Below are positions 1-9,842 of a stretch of DNA of 64,000 nucleotides, in pieces. How positions within the stretch are numbered: position 1 is the first letter of the stretch; every line of letters starts with the position of its first letter. Source of the DNA: Candidatus Saccharimonadota bacterium. Lineage in GTDB: Bacteria; Patescibacteriota; Saccharimonadia; CAILAD01; BJGX01. The notes under the pieces were generated by a model. It saw only the letters and a list, made by a program, of their open reading frames with translations. It ran no database searches and was not told the DNA's origin. The translations under genes were made by a program, and so were the position numbers. The stretch spans positions 2,667-66,666 of the forward strand of contig JACPPH010000008.1 of assembly GCA_016191105.1 (NCBI GenBank), given 5' to 3'.

Positions 1-1
1 C

Positions 2-1573
2 AAGCTAGCCGACACTGTTCGAGCCACTCTGGGTCCGAAAGGACGCAACGTAGTGCTCGACAAGAAGTATGGCAGCCCACTGATTACCAACGATGGCGTA
101 ACCATTGCCAAAGAGATCGAGCTCGAAGATGCATTCGAGAACATGGGCGCTCAGATTGTAAAAGAAGTGGCCAGCAAAACCAATGATCAAGCTGGTGACG
201 GCACCACCACTGCCACCGTGTTAGCTCAAGCCATGATTGAAGACGGCATTAAAAACATTGCTGCTGGCGCTAACCCCATGGCTGTCCGCCGCGGCATCGA
301 AAAAGCTGCCGCGGCTGTAGCCGGCGAGCTCAATAAAATTGCTAAGCCAGTAAGAGCGGGCGAGGAAATTGCCAATGTGGCCAGCATTTCGGCCGCCGAC
401 CCAGAAGTTGGCGCTCTGATTGCCGAAGTTATGGAAAAGATTGGCGCCGATGGCATTGTAACCGTTGAAGAAGGCCAAACTATGGGCCTGGACAAAGAAA
501 TTGTGGAAGGCATGCAGTTCGACAAAGGCTATGTTAGCCCATACATGGTAACCGATACCGCTCGTATGGAAGCCGTGGTCGAAAATGCTCCTATTCTAAT
601 TACCGACAAAAAAATTAGCTCGGTTCAGGAGCTGTTGCCACTGCTTGAAAAGCTGGCCGCCGAAGGCAAGAAAGACTTGGTGATTATTGCCGAAGATCTC
701 GAGGGTGAGGCTCTTACTACCTTGGTTCTCAACAAGCTGCGCGGCACCTTCAATGCTGTGGCTATTAAGGCTCCAGCCTTTGGCGATCGGCGCAAAGAAA
801 TGCTAGCCGATATTGCCATTTTGACTGGCGGACAGGTTATCACCGAAGAGGTGGGTCTAAAGCTCGAAGATGCTAGTGTTGAAATGCTGGGTGAAGCCCG
901 CAAAGTAATTGCCGACAAAGACAACACCACAATTGTAGACGGCAAGGGTAGCCAGGGTGCTGTAAAATCTCGCGTGGCCCAGATGAAGACACAGGCCGAG
1001 AATATGACTAGTGAATATGAGCTCGAGAAGTTGCAAGAACGCATTGCCAAACTCGAGAGTGGCGTGGCTGTTATTAAGGTCGGCGCCGCCACCGAGGTTG
1101 AACTCAAAGAAAAGAAGGCTCGCATAGAAGATGCCATTAACTCTACCAAGGCTGCAGTGGCCGAGGGCATTGTGCCTGGTGGTGGCTCGGCGTTAATTAA
1201 GGCCGCCCGAGCGCTCGATAAGCTTCAGCTCGAAGAAGAAGAGCAAGTTGGTGTAAACATTGTACGCGACAGCTTAGAATCGCCCCTTCGCCAAATTGCC
1301 AGCAACGCCGGTGTAACCGACGTAGCGGTGATTTTGGCCACTATTAATGCTGGCGACAAAGCCATTGGCTGGGATTTTGCTCGTAACCGCAAGGCCGACA
1401 TGCTAAAAGCCGGCATTATAGACCCAGTTAAGGTTACTAAGAGCGCGCTTTTGAATGCTGCCAGCGCCGCTGCTATGCTGCTCACCACCGAAGCCGCGGT
1501 GGTTGATCTGCCCGAAAAAGAAGCTCCAGCTATGCCCGGCGGTGGCATGCCCGACATGGGCGGCATGATGTAA
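2..1573 (+). CDS. groEL: Chaperonin GroEL (5' end outside the window)
   Basis: Frame is open from base 2 ([21 protein letters not shown]); [27 protein letters not shown] motifs; GGM tail. Confidence 0.99.
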   Translation, partial: KLADTVRATLGPKGRNVVLDKKYGSPLITNDGVTIAKEIELEDAFENMGAQIVKEVASKTNDQAGDGTTTATVLAQAMIEDGIKNIAAGANPMAVRRGIEKAAAAVAGELNKIAKPVRAGEEIANVASISAADPEVGALIAEVMEKIGADGIVTVEEGQTMGLDKEIVEGMQFDKGYVSPYMVTDTARMEAVVENAPILITDKKISSVQELLPLLEKLAAEGKKDLVIIAEDLEGEALTTLVLNKLRGTFNAVAIKAPAFGDRRKEMLADIAILTGGQVITEEVGLKLEDASVEMLGEARKVIADKDNTTIVDGKGSQGAVKSRVAQMKTQAENMTSEYELEKLQERIAKLESGVAVIKVGAATEVELKEKKARIEDAINSTKAAVAEGIVPGGGSALIKAARALDKLQLEEEEQVGVNIVRDSLESPLRQIASNAGVTDVAVILATINAGDKAIGWDFARNRKADMLKAGIIDPVKVTKSALLNAASAAAMLLTTEAAVVDLPEKEAPAMPGGGMPDMGGMM

Positions 1574-1594
1574 ATTCAGCCCAGCACGGACAAT

Positions 1595-1626
1595 AAAAAG
1601 ACCCTCCAAGTTGCGGGGGTCTTTTT
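1595..1626 (+). terminator. Intrinsic terminator after groEL
   Basis: AAAAAGACCC..GGGTCTTTTT inverted repeat with T tract. Confidence 0.8.
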
Positions 1627-1629
1627 ATG

Positions 1630-1658
1630 TTGACAAAGTTATTGGCATATTGTAATAT
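1630..1658 (+). promoter_or_regulatory. Sigma70-like promoter
   Basis: TTGACA-17 nt-TAATAT upstream of the orphan at 1743. Confidence 0.55.
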
Positions 1659-1742
1659 CTGCTTAAGTTTCTTGGGCTTTTGAGCCCGGGTTGCAAGAAC
1701 CACGACAAAGCAAGCACAGCGACAACAACGAGAGGAAGACCG

Positions 1743-2117
1743 ATGACGATGACTGCAGATCGGCCCACCACCGCTACACCGATTCCGGCGTCAGTCCGAA
1801 GCGAAAAGGATCGTTTCCTGAAGCTTCCTGAGCTACCAGACTCGATCCGGAGCCTCTTGGAGAACAACCACCAGGCAGGCCTGACAGCTGCCCGGGAGTG
1901 GCTGAAGAGCAAGGAAGACGCCAGAAAGCTCGATGCCATCAAGATCATCTGTTGGCTCCTCAAGATCGGCGCAGACCTCAACGACGACGAAGTCGACGAG
2001 GCTGCTGAGCTCGCAGACCTCATGTTGCACGAACCGGTGCCACGAGATCTCGAAAACGTGATTCGTCGCGGAAAGATAGTGCTGGCTGACGTCTTTATCC
2101 GGACTGAGCTCGACTAA
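1743..2117 (+). CDS. Hypothetical protein (GC-rich orphan)
   Basis: ORF with GC-rich codons; GAGAGGAA SD before ATG 1743; followed by a hairpin. Confidence 0.6.
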   Translation: MTMTADRPTTATPIPASVRSEKDRFLKLPELPDSIRSLLENNHQAGLTAAREWLKSKEDARKLDAIKIICWLLKIGADLNDDEVDEAAELADLMLHEPVPRDLENVIRRGKIVLADVFIRTELD

Positions 2118-2140
2118 CACATCATCCGGGGGGACTGGTA

Positions 2141-2170
2141 GCAGGGAGGGGTCTCGGAGCCCCTCCCTGC
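2141..2170 (+). terminator. GC-rich stem-loop after the orphan
   Basis: GCAGGGAGGGG..CCCCTCCCTGC 11-bp stem. Confidence 0.6.
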
Positions 2171-2368
2171 CCCGGCTTGCTTTGTCGAAACAACTTAATA
2201 TATAGTCGTTTATAAATTCTTACTGAATAGTTATTAACCTATCGATGGCTATTCTGTGGGAATCAACCTAGATTCCCCGTACCGCCACTTGGAGGAGCGG
2301 CATGCAACAAGTAGTTATACGGAAGTGCTAAGTCCGATATTCGTCTACTACAAACGGGAGGTGTTTGG

Positions 2369-2842
2369 GTGATCGTAGCCCAGACAACCAAGCTCGAGAA
2401 ACTACTGGCGGAAAGGAGGGACCTCGAGCAGCACAGCGGTTACCGATGGTCGTGCATGCAGCTTCGGCGCTACGGAAGGGCCGAGCTGGGCATGCTCGTG
2501 ATGCACGACGACGACGTTCGTGATCAGATCGTCGGAGAAGAGCATCTCGAGGCCGCGCTCAGGGCGCTGCGCAGGCTCTTGCGCGAACACGACTGGCGAC
2601 AACGGGTGTGTGAGCGCAGAGAGCGTCTGGCGGCCCTGTACAAGCTGAGCAAGAAGGGACAGCAGATCAGGATCTTTCGAGCCAGTCGCTCAGCAGTGAA
2701 TCGCCTCGACGAGGAGCTCAAGAAACTCGAGGCGAGAGAGCAGGCGCGTTTCGAGCACGAGCTGCAAGAAGAGTCCGAGCTGCACAGCAGGCGTCGACGT
2801 CGAGAGCATCGGCGCTACGTCTACCGCCAGTACCGGCGCTAG
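2369..2842 (+). CDS. Hypothetical Arg/Glu-rich helical protein (GC-rich orphan)
   Basis: GGGAGG SD then GTG; 157-aa ORF. Confidence 0.6.
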   Translation: MIVAQTTKLEKLLAERRDLEQHSGYRWSCMQLRRYGRAELGMLVMHDDDVRDQIVGEEHLEAALRALRRLLREHDWRQRVCERRERLAALYKLSKKGQQIRIFRASRSAVNRLDEELKKLEAREQARFEHELQEESELHSRRRRREHRRYVYRQYRR

Positions 2843-2914
2843 AAGTTCTCCAGCCCTGGCAGCCGACCGTGGCATCGGCAGCCAGTTGTCCCATCCCAAC
2901 AACTGCCACACACT

Positions 2915-2944
2915 GGGGCGGGGTCTCGCAAGAGACCCCGCCCC
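2915..2944 (+). terminator. Perfect 13-bp hairpin with GCAA tetraloop
   Basis: GGGGCGGGGTCTC-GCAA-GAGACCCCGCCCC. Confidence 0.65.
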
Positions 2945-2973
2945 GTTGCCGTTTCTGCTATAATTCTAAGCAA

Positions 2974-3990
2974 ATGAATAATAACATTTTCAACGCTATT
3001 GATGCCCAGCCGCAGCAGCTGCGTGAAAGCTACAATGAGGGCTTGGAGCCGGCCTTAACACCACAGCTAGGTTCAGGCATTCGTAACATTGTGTTGGCCG
3101 GCATGGGCGGTAGTGCGTTGGCTGGCGGAGTTATAAAAAACTGGCTCGATGAGCGCCTGAGTGTGCCGTTCGAGACAGTGCGCGACTACAAACTGCCAAG
3201 CTACATCGATACTGACAGTCTGGTGATAGTTAGTAGCTACTCTGGCAACACCGAAGAAACACTTAGTGCTTGTGAATTTGCCGATAAAATGAGTGCTCAG
3301 ATTGTAATCATGACCCATGGGGGTACACTGCTGGAACAGGCTCAAAAAGAGGGTAATTGGCTGCTTGAGCTGCCCCAGGCCGAGCAACCGCGATTTGCTG
3401 TTTTGGCTGACTTAAAGGCCATGGCCTGCCTACTGCAAGACCTCGGCCTGGCCGGCAGCATAGATCTGCGCCGCGAACTAATAGAGGTTGCGAACTTTCT
3501 AGACCGGCAAAAAAGCACCTTGAACCTAGATAGCGACAGCAATAACTTGGCGGCCAAGATCGCTGCGCAACTGACCGGCAAACCAGCCCTTATATATGCC
3601 AGCCCGCTAATCAGTAGTACCGCCTACAAATGGAAGATAAACATTAACGAAGACGCCAAACAAATGGCTTTTTGTAACGTGTTTCCAGAACTCGACCATA
3701 ATGAGCTCGAGGGCTGGCTACTGCCCAAAGAAAAGCAGCTCAACTCTGTGCTGTTGCGCTCAAGTTTAGAAACAGCTCAAATGCAAAAACGCATCGATGC
3801 TACCAAAGAGGTGCTAAAGGGTCATGGCTTTGAGCCAATCGAAGTTAAAGCAGTGGGCGAAACCCGGCTGCAGCAATTGCTGTACGTTAATTTGCTAGGG
3901 GACTATGTGAGTGCCTACTTGGCCCAAGCTAATCATGTCGACCCGCTGCCCGTTAAGTTGGTTGAGGAGCTTAAGGCCAAGCTTAAATAG
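2974..3990 (+). CDS. Bifunctional phosphoglucose/phosphomannose isomerase (SIS domain)
   Basis: GMGGSA, SYSGNTEET, NEDAK, PELDHNELEG motifs; start moved to ATG 2974 after TGCTATAAT. Confidence 0.92.
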   Translation: MNNNIFNAIDAQPQQLRESYNEGLEPALTPQLGSGIRNIVLAGMGGSALAGGVIKNWLDERLSVPFETVRDYKLPSYIDTDSLVIVSSYSGNTEETLSACEFADKMSAQIVIMTHGGTLLEQAQKEGNWLLELPQAEQPRFAVLADLKAMACLLQDLGLAGSIDLRRELIEVANFLDRQKSTLNLDSDSNNLAAKIAAQLTGKPALIYASPLISSTAYKWKININEDAKQMAFCNVFPELDHNELEGWLLPKEKQLNSVLLRSSLETAQMQKRIDATKEVLKGHGFEPIEVKAVGETRLQQLLYVNLLGDYVSAYLAQANHVDPLPVKLVEELKAKLK

Positions 3991-4143
3991 TTCGAATTTT
4001 GAACTGTTTTCAGATATAATATGGCTCGTTCTCTAAACTACGATTCAAATTGTCGAAGAAATTTGGATTGAGAGGAGAAACAATGCGAGAATGTAAATTA
4101 CAATTTTGAAATTGTAATAATTATCAAAGCATTGTTACGACGA

Positions 4144-4233
4144 GGAGAGGTCGCATAGTGGCCTAGTGCGCCGCCTTGGAAAGGCGGTATATCCGCAAGG
4201 GTATCGAGGGTTCGAATCCCTCCCTCTCCGCCA
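4144..4233 (+). tRNA. tRNA-Ser(GGA)
   Basis: GGAGAGG/CCTCTCC acceptor stem, CCGCC-TT-GGA-AA-GGCGG anticodon arm, long variable arm, GGTTCGAATCC, encoded CCA. Confidence 0.97.
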
Positions 4234-4269
4234 TGAGCCTAGATGCTCATTTTTTGTTACAATGTGCTT

Positions 4270-4767
4270 ATGGCTAAAAAATTGGCTCTAAAACGCTACC
4301 GACCACTAATTGTAATTTTTTTGGTTGTTTTAGCTTTTACGGGCTACAAGATGTTTGCTCGAGCCAGCCTAGAGGTAGCCCCGGCGGTCTTGGATTTTAT
4401 GGGTGCGTTCTTTATTGTGGTGGGAGCTATTAAGGTCTACGAGATCGACTCTTTTGCCAAAACTTTTGCTAAATACGACGAGATTGCCAAACACGCCAAG
4501 CTCTATGCCTACATGTACCCGTTTATAGAAATAAGTATCGGCCTAGCCATGTTATTTAACTTCGAGGTTCTGGTTGTTACTTGGGTGGCGCTGTGCTTAA
4601 TGCTAATTGACAGCGTTGGTTCTTACCAGGGCATTAAGAATCCGGCCGTGCGAACCAGCGCTACACTGGGCACCGTCTTTCGCATTCCACTTACCTGGGT
4701 AACGCTAGGCGAAGATGTATTAATTGCTGGGCTGGCGGTTATTACCTTGTTTTACTACTACCGCTAA
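4270..4767 (+). CDS. MauE/DoxX-family membrane protein
   Basis: Several TM segments; FAKYD..YPFIE and LGTVFRIPLTWVTLGED typical of MauE-like proteins. Confidence 0.7.
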   Translation: MAKKLALKRYRPLIVIFLVVLAFTGYKMFARASLEVAPAVLDFMGAFFIVVGAIKVYEIDSFAKTFAKYDEIAKHAKLYAYMYPFIEISIGLAMLFNFEVLVVTWVALCLMLIDSVGSYQGIKNPAVRTSATLGTVFRIPLTWVTLGEDVLIAGLAVITLFYYYR

Positions 4768-5423
4768 CGCTTGGCGACAGCCAAGCCCCATACACTTTTG
4801 GCGCCAGCCTGCTTAAGTACTCGAGCACACTCATTTAGGGTGGCGCCGGTGGTTACAACATCGTCGACAATTACAACTCGGGCACCCGCTACCTGCGGCG
4901 TAATAACCATAAAGTTACCCCTAACAGACTGCAAGCGAGCTTGCCGGCCCAAACCAATCTGGCCGGTATGGGCTACACGAATCATGGTTTTTGTGACCGG
5001 CACAGATGTATTTCGGCCAACCTGCTTGGCCAGCAACAGCGACTGATTGTAGCCACGGCGCCTTTGTGATCGGCCGTCGCTAGGGACAAAGCTCAGCATA
5101 TCAAACCTGCTACCCTCCAAAAGGCTAGCCATACTCGGCGCAAATAGCTCAGCCGCCGAGCGGTCGCCATAGTATTTGAGCCGGTATACAAGCTCGTCGA
5201 CTGGGTTTTGCAGGCGATATGACACTAGAACACCATTTAAGCTAGTTTTAGCCCGACAGCGTTTGCAGGTACGGCCGTCATCATTCAGCTCGTTACAATA
5301 AAAGCAGGCGGGTTTTTTAACGATTAGCTGGGTTTGCGAGCACTCAGAACACAAAAGACTACCCTCAACGTTGCATTTTATACAACAGCTTGGACTTAAT
5401 AATTCGGTGATTTTTTGTAGCAT
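4764..5423 (-). CDS. comF: ComF-family competence protein (zinc ribbons plus PRTase)
   Basis: CxxC pairs, RGYNQ, VIVDDVVTTGAT. Confidence 0.92.
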   Translation of the reverse strand: MLQKITELLSPSCCIKCNVEGSLLCSECSQTQLIVKKPACFYCNELNDDGRTCKRCRAKTSLNGVLVSYRLQNPVDELVYRLKYYGDRSAAELFAPSMASLLEGSRFDMLSFVPSDGRSQRRRGYNQSLLLAKQVGRNTSVPVTKTMIRVAHTGQIGLGRQARLQSVRGNFMVITPQVAGARVVIVDDVVTTGATLNECARVLKQAGAKSVWGLAVAKR

Positions 5424-5497
5424 GTGGCTTGCATTCAGGTATATTATCTGATTATAATAGGTGGTAATAACCTTGGTGGCAAGGATAAGGAGGATAT

Positions 5498-5941
5498 ATG
5501 GCAAGAAAAAACCAGGTAGACGAAGAAATCCTAGAAGATGAGTTTTTAGACGACGAACAGGCCAAAGAGGCTGGTAACGAAGAATGGATGAACGAAGAAG
5601 AGTTCGAAGGTCAGCTAGCAGTTGACGTTTATCAGACCAAAGACACTATTGTGATTAAGGCTCCAATTGCTGGTGTTAAGCCCGAGGATATCGATGTGGC
5701 TATTTCGGAGGACGTTGTGACTATTCGTGGCGACCGCAAAGAAGAAGTTACGGTCGAAAAAGACAATTATTATGTTCAGGAATGCTTTTGGGGCAGCTTT
5801 AGCCGGTCGGTTATTCTACCTACCAGCACTGTCGCCGAAAAGGCCAATGCCAGCCTCAAAGATGGCGTGCTAACAATCGAGATTCCAAAAGTGGTGCCAG
5901 AAGACAAGGTTAAGAAGATTAAGGTTAAACCAGCCGCTTAA
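5498..5941 (+). CDS. Hsp20/alpha-crystallin small heat-shock protein
   Basis: VDVYQT, GSFSRSVILP, ASLKDGVLTIEIPK. Confidence 0.95.
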   Translation: MARKNQVDEEILEDEFLDDEQAKEAGNEEWMNEEEFEGQLAVDVYQTKDTIVIKAPIAGVKPEDIDVAISEDVVTIRGDRKEEVTVEKDNYYVQECFWGSFSRSVILPTSTVAEKANASLKDGVLTIEIPKVVPEDKVKKIKVKPAA

Positions 5942-5966
5942 ACAGTAATTTGTGTGTGCATTCTCT

Positions 5967-5994
5967 AAAAAAGCCCTTGAGTAAGGGCTTTTTT
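5967..5994 (+). terminator. Bidirectional intrinsic terminator
   Basis: AAAAAGCCCTT-GAGT-AAGGGCTTTTT. Confidence 0.8.
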
Positions 5995-6031
5995 GATTCC
6001 CCAATTCTAAAAATTGTCCCGCCCGTCTATC

Positions 6032-6161
6032 GGCCTATGCTGCGATCAGCAAGTGCAGTAGCAAAATGCACTCTTGTTGCGAGAATCTTGTTACTACATG
6101 ACCGCGCAGCAACAGGAAGGTATTTTGCTGTCTGCACGCTGCTAGAATCGCAGCATAGGCC
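6032..6161. repeat. Long (~130 nt) imperfect inverted repeat
   Basis: GGCCTATGCTGCGAT pairs with ATCGCAGCATAGGCC, with further nested pairings. Confidence 0.8.
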
Positions 6162-6209
6162 AAAGTTTTATCCAACTTTTTCTGATTCTCGAGTGTCGGG
6201 GAGAATTAG

Positions 6210-7541
6210 CTATTTCTTTTGAACCTGCTCGGTCACTTTGGGCTCTACCAGGCGCAATGCAATAGCCGGGTCGTAGCCCAGCTGAACTGTGGCCATGGCT
6301 TCGCGCAAGGCTTCGTCTGAGGCCGCTGCATTGTAACCCTGGTACCAGTCGGTAGCGCTTACTACTTGCCTGGCAAACGGCCCCAGAATAGGGTCGTTGT
6401 ATTGACTCTTAGCTAAATCTGGGCGGCTCGAAACTCGGCCGCTGGCGTTCAAATATTTAGCTAGCTCATTGTAGGAGCTGGCAAAACCCAAAAAGTCCCA
6501 GGCAATATCGGGATTTTTGCTATTGCTCGAAACCAGCTCGGCCACGTATTGACTATAGTTGAGTTGATTTGAGCTATTAAGCTGGGGTAATGGGGCGGTT
6601 TTAAACTTTAAATCTGGGTTGGTGGCCGAAATCATGTTGGCCTGAAACGGGTAATCAATAATCATAGCAGTTTTACCGTTTGCAAAAGCCTGAACACTGC
6701 CGCCCAGAGCATCGCTCCACGAATAGCTGGTTTTGTTTGGATTAGAAAAGCTCGAGTAAAAGGCCAGGGCCTTGGCGCCAGCGTTGTAGTTATTGGAGTC
6801 GACTGAGCCAAATGTTGCTTGGGTAGGCGGCTGGTTGGTCATTTGAGCGCCATTTTGCATCATTAGTACTGAAAGCACATCGGCACTGTTATTAATGGCT
6901 GGGGTACCCAGCGCTACGCCCGATTTGTATAGAGCCGGCCCCTGTTTTTGACTTAATTTGGTGTTGGCATCGAGCAGTTCTTGCCAGCTACTCGGCGGGT
7001 CTTTTAAGCCAGCTTGTTCAAACAGGCTAGGGTTATAAAACAATCCCAAGGTTGGTAGGCTATAGGCTACGCCCCAAACCTTATTGCCCTGCACCAGTTC
7101 GCCGCTAATCAGCGAGGCAAAGTCAGACTTAAACTGTTTAGCTGTAAATACACTTTCTGGCGCCGGGCTAGCATTGGCCTGATAACGCACCAACCAATCA
7201 TTGCGAATTGCAAAAATGTCGGGCAAAGTTCCGGCTTTGGCAGCGGCTGTAAGTTTGGCATCATAGATAGCTGCATCCACCTCTTGAATCTGCACCGTAA
7301 CATTGGGGTGAAGTTTTTGATAGTCGGCCACCACGGCGTCGAAGGCATTCTGGCTATCATAAACTCGCCAGTAAGTAAGAGTAATTGGCGTAGTGGGGTA
7401 CTGAACCGAACCTTTGTAGTCACGATTGTTGGCCACCGGCGGCGGGGGCGACAAAAAAAAGTAATAGACCCACATAAAAACAATCAGACCAATAAATAGT
7501 AGGTAGTAACGCAGTCGTGGACGATGTAGGCGCTTCTTCAT
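6210..7541 (-). CDS. Membrane-anchored extracellular solute-binding protein (family 1, sugar-type)
   Basis: N-terminal TM; LTYW, PDIF, LFYNPSLF, PPSSWQEL, AFANGKTAM. Confidence 0.85.
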   Translation of the reverse strand: MKKRLHRPRLRYYLLFIGLIVFMWVYYFFLSPPPPVANNRDYKGSVQYPTTPITLTYWRVYDSQNAFDAVVADYQKLHPNVTVQIQEVDAAIYDAKLTAAAKAGTLPDIFAIRNDWLVRYQANASPAPESVFTAKQFKSDFASLISGELVQGNKVWGVAYSLPTLGLFYNPSLFEQAGLKDPPSSWQELLDANTKLSQKQGPALYKSGVALGTPAINNSADVLSVLMMQNGAQMTNQPPTQATFGSVDSNNYNAGAKALAFYSSFSNPNKTSYSWSDALGGSVQAFANGKTAMIIDYPFQANMISATNPDLKFKTAPLPQLNSSNQLNYSQYVAELVSSNSKNPDIAWDFLGFASSYNELAKYLNASGRVSSRPDLAKSQYNDPILGPFARQVVSATDWYQGYNAAASDEALREAMATVQLGYDPAIALRLVEPKVTEQVQKK

Positions 7542-7775
7542 AAGTTAAGAGCTTGTCTCATAGTTTCATTTTAGCTTAAACCTATGCTTTTTGTCCTTTT
7601 TTGGCTGCAAATCAATTCTGTTTTGTTGGCTTAGAGGTGTCTAGGTTCTCCTTATAAAAACGATTTTCGTACAAAGATTTGCTTGTTTTACTCAAAATAA
7701 CAGATTATAAAGCCGGCTCTTGTTGGGTAGTAAATACTCAGCACTGCCCCCAATTACTCTTTTTTGGCCTTTGGT

Positions 7776-8153
7776 TTAAAAGAAGCTCAGCACAAAGTTG
7801 ACAATTACAAATGCCAAAAGCGCTACGACCAAGCCCACAACTGCGTAGATGATGGTATCTTTGGCACTGCGCAAGCCATTTTCGTCGCCCTGGCTCAATA
7901 CATACTTAAGCCCGCCAATTACAATCATAATCACGGCCGCCGCCCCAATAATTATAAGTAGAGTGTTGGTAACTGCAGCAATTCGGCCCGGCAGAGTGCC
8001 GCCGGGGGCACTCCCCTGAGCACAACTCGCCCCAGCAGATACGCCGCCAGCTATATCGCAGCTGGCTCCTGCATAGGTGATAGCGGGAAAAGCCAAAAGT
8101 GTCGCAAAGGCCATGAGGCCTGCGGCAATGCGGTTTGAGTTAATAAATTTCAC
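7776..8153 (-). CDS. VirB2/TrbC-like pilin
   Basis: AAGGAG SD plus GTG 8153; two hydrophobic helices around GGLKYVLSQGDE. Confidence 0.8.
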   Translation of the reverse strand: MKFINSNRIAAGLMAFATLLAFPAITYAGASCDIAGGVSAGASCAQGSAPGGTLPGRIAAVTNTLLIIIGAAAVIMIVIGGLKYVLSQGDENGLRSAKDTIIYAVVGLVVALLAFVIVNFVLSFF

Positions 8154-8172
8154 TTGAGTTGAGAGCTCCTTA

Positions 8173-8538
8173 TTACGAGAACTGCCCAAGCACGAAGTTA
8201 ACAATGGCATAGGCCAGCAAGGCCACCACAATACCAATTATCGAGAAGAGGATGGTATCTTTGGCGCCTTTGACTTGCTTTTCGTCGCCTTGACTAAAAA
8301 TGTAGCGAAAGCCACCCACAATAAGCATAATAACTGCCACCACACCAATTACTATCAAGAGGGTATTGGTAATCTGTGCAACCTGGGTGGTTAGCGGGAC
8401 GCTAGAAAGCGAACCTTGAGCCGAGTTAGCGCCCTGTGAGACATCGGGGTTGGCAGCATGCGCGGCTCCGGCAATTGCTACGCCCAAGCCCGCGCCTACG
8501 GTTGCAGTAGTGATTTTAATTCGCGATGAAAGTGACAT
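8173..8538 (-). CDS. VirB2/TrbC-like pilin
   Basis: AAGGAG SD; signal peptide (AHA); GGFRYIFSQGDE. Confidence 0.82.
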   Translation of the reverse strand: MSLSSRIKITTATVGAGLGVAIAGAAHAANPDVSQGANSAQGSLSSVPLTTQVAQITNTLLIVIGVVAVIMLIVGGFRYIFSQGDEKQVKGAKDTILFSIIGIVVALLAYAIVNFVLGQFS

Positions 8539-8628
8539 ATGAGTGCTTCTCCTTATTAACATAACAATTATACATTGGTTATTGGTAATTATATCGCCGG
8601 CCGTAAAATAAGTAAAGACCGGGGGTGG

Positions 8629-8919
8629 CTACCTAAAAACACCAATTACAAAATTAACTATCAAGAACGATAGCAGGGCAATTACTAGCCCTACAACTGA
8701 ATAAATTATGGCCTCTTTGGCCTGGCGCAAGCGGTTTTCGTCGCCACCGCTGGTTACATAGGTAAAGCCACCATAAATTATGCCAATCACGGCAGCAGCA
8801 CCAACCAAGAAGAGCAGAGTGTTGGTAACGGTTGAGATTATGTCGCCAAAGCCTTTTTGCGGCAAAGCATTTGGCAATGATGGAGCTGCCGCTAGTATTT
8901 TTGTTGCTAGCTTAAACAT
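8629..8919 (-). CDS. VirB2/TrbC-like pilin
   Basis: GGFTYVTSGGDE between two TM helices. Confidence 0.8.
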   Translation of the reverse strand: MFKLATKILAAAPSLPNALPQKGFGDIISTVTNTLLFLVGAAAVIGIIYGGFTYVTSGGDENRLRQAKEAIIYSVVGLVIALLSFLIVNFVIGVFR

Positions 8920-8959
8920 ATCTGTATTATACATTAAATATAGTTAGGCCAAAGCAGTC

Positions 8960-9247
8960 TTAAAAAAATTTACTAAAGATAAAGTTAAGAATACTACCAA
9001 CTGCCATAGCAGCAACAAGCCCGCCCACAGATGCCGCCAAAGCTCTTTTGGCAAAAAGCAAACGCCTTTCGTCGCCACCAGATGTTACATACATAAAGCC
9101 GGCGATTATTATAAAGATAACCGACACCACCCCAACAATAAAAAGCAATATAACTACCGCATTATTTAATAGGCCGGCCACAGCACCCTGCCAATTGCCA
9201 GCGTTGATTTGGTCTTGAATGGGTTGGGTGAAAAGAGTAAAGTTCAT
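8960..9247 (-). CDS. VirB2/TrbC-like pilin
   Basis: AGFMYVTSGGDE between two TM helices. Confidence 0.75.
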   Translation of the reverse strand: MNFTLFTQPIQDQINAGNWQGAVAGLLNNAVVILLFIVGVVSVIFIIIAGFMYVTSGGDERRLLFAKRALAASVGGLVAAMAVGSILNFIFSKFF

Positions 9248-9795
9248 GGGAATAGCCCTGTCAATTTAACAATTGCATAGGCGCTTATTAATAGCCCCAG
9301 ACTAATAGCTACCTGTATGAGGTGTTTTTTGGCATTTGCTATTTGATCGGGACTACCACCCGTAGCAATAATAGTGATTATATACCAAAGTATTAGCACA
9401 ACAGCTACGGCTCCAAAAATACCAACTAAATAGTCTGATATCTGATTAATCACATCGTAAAGACTGCCTTGGTTGCACAGCCAGCCCCTTGTAACTACAC
9501 TACAATCTTGGTTGGCATCGAGCTTACTACGGCCAAAAGTCTTCGAGTTAAGAGGCTCAATTTGCTGGCCTGCAAGACAAGTGACATTGCCAGTCTTTTG
9601 ATCAGTAATTGGTGCTCCTGCATCAGAACCATCGGCATTTACACACTTAAAAAGTTGTTGATTTTGATTAGTTGGCTCGGCACCTTGACCGGTCTGTGGC
9701 TCTGCCGCTAGTGCAACAGTCGTACTTGCTAGACTAAGGGCTAGGGCAATAAGCCCAAGTGCAATAAAAGGTATAGAATTTGTATATCTGCGCAT
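9244..9795 (-). CDS. Pilin-like protein with Cys-containing N-terminal extension
   Basis: Signal peptide, four Cys, C-terminal TM-ATGGSP-AKK-TM pilin pattern. Confidence 0.7.
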   Translation of the reverse strand: MRRYTNSIPFIALGLIALALSLASTTVALAAEPQTGQGAEPTNQNQQLFKCVNADGSDAGAPITDQKTGNVTCLAGQQIEPLNSKTFGRSKLDANQDCSVVTRGWLCNQGSLYDVINQISDYLVGIFGAVAVVLILWYIITIIATGGSPDQIANAKKHLIQVAISLGLLISAYAIVKLTGLFP

Positions 9796-9800
9796 TGTAA

Positions 9801-9837
9801 ACAAGCTTTATTTTACCCCTGTAATCATATATCATAA
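9801..9837 (+). promoter_or_regulatory. Promoter motif shared with 13134-13170
   Basis: ACAAGCTTTAT-N17-ATATCATAA, 5 nt before ATG 9843. Confidence 0.55.
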
Positions 9838-9842
9838 GGGCA

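Noticed and set aside
221-1609. Antisense ORFs over groEL, and similar ones over other long genes
   Set aside because: Shadow ORFs of well-supported genes on the opposite strand.
5950-6222. 90-aa ORF
   Set aside because: It runs through a terminator and a long palindrome; likely spurious.
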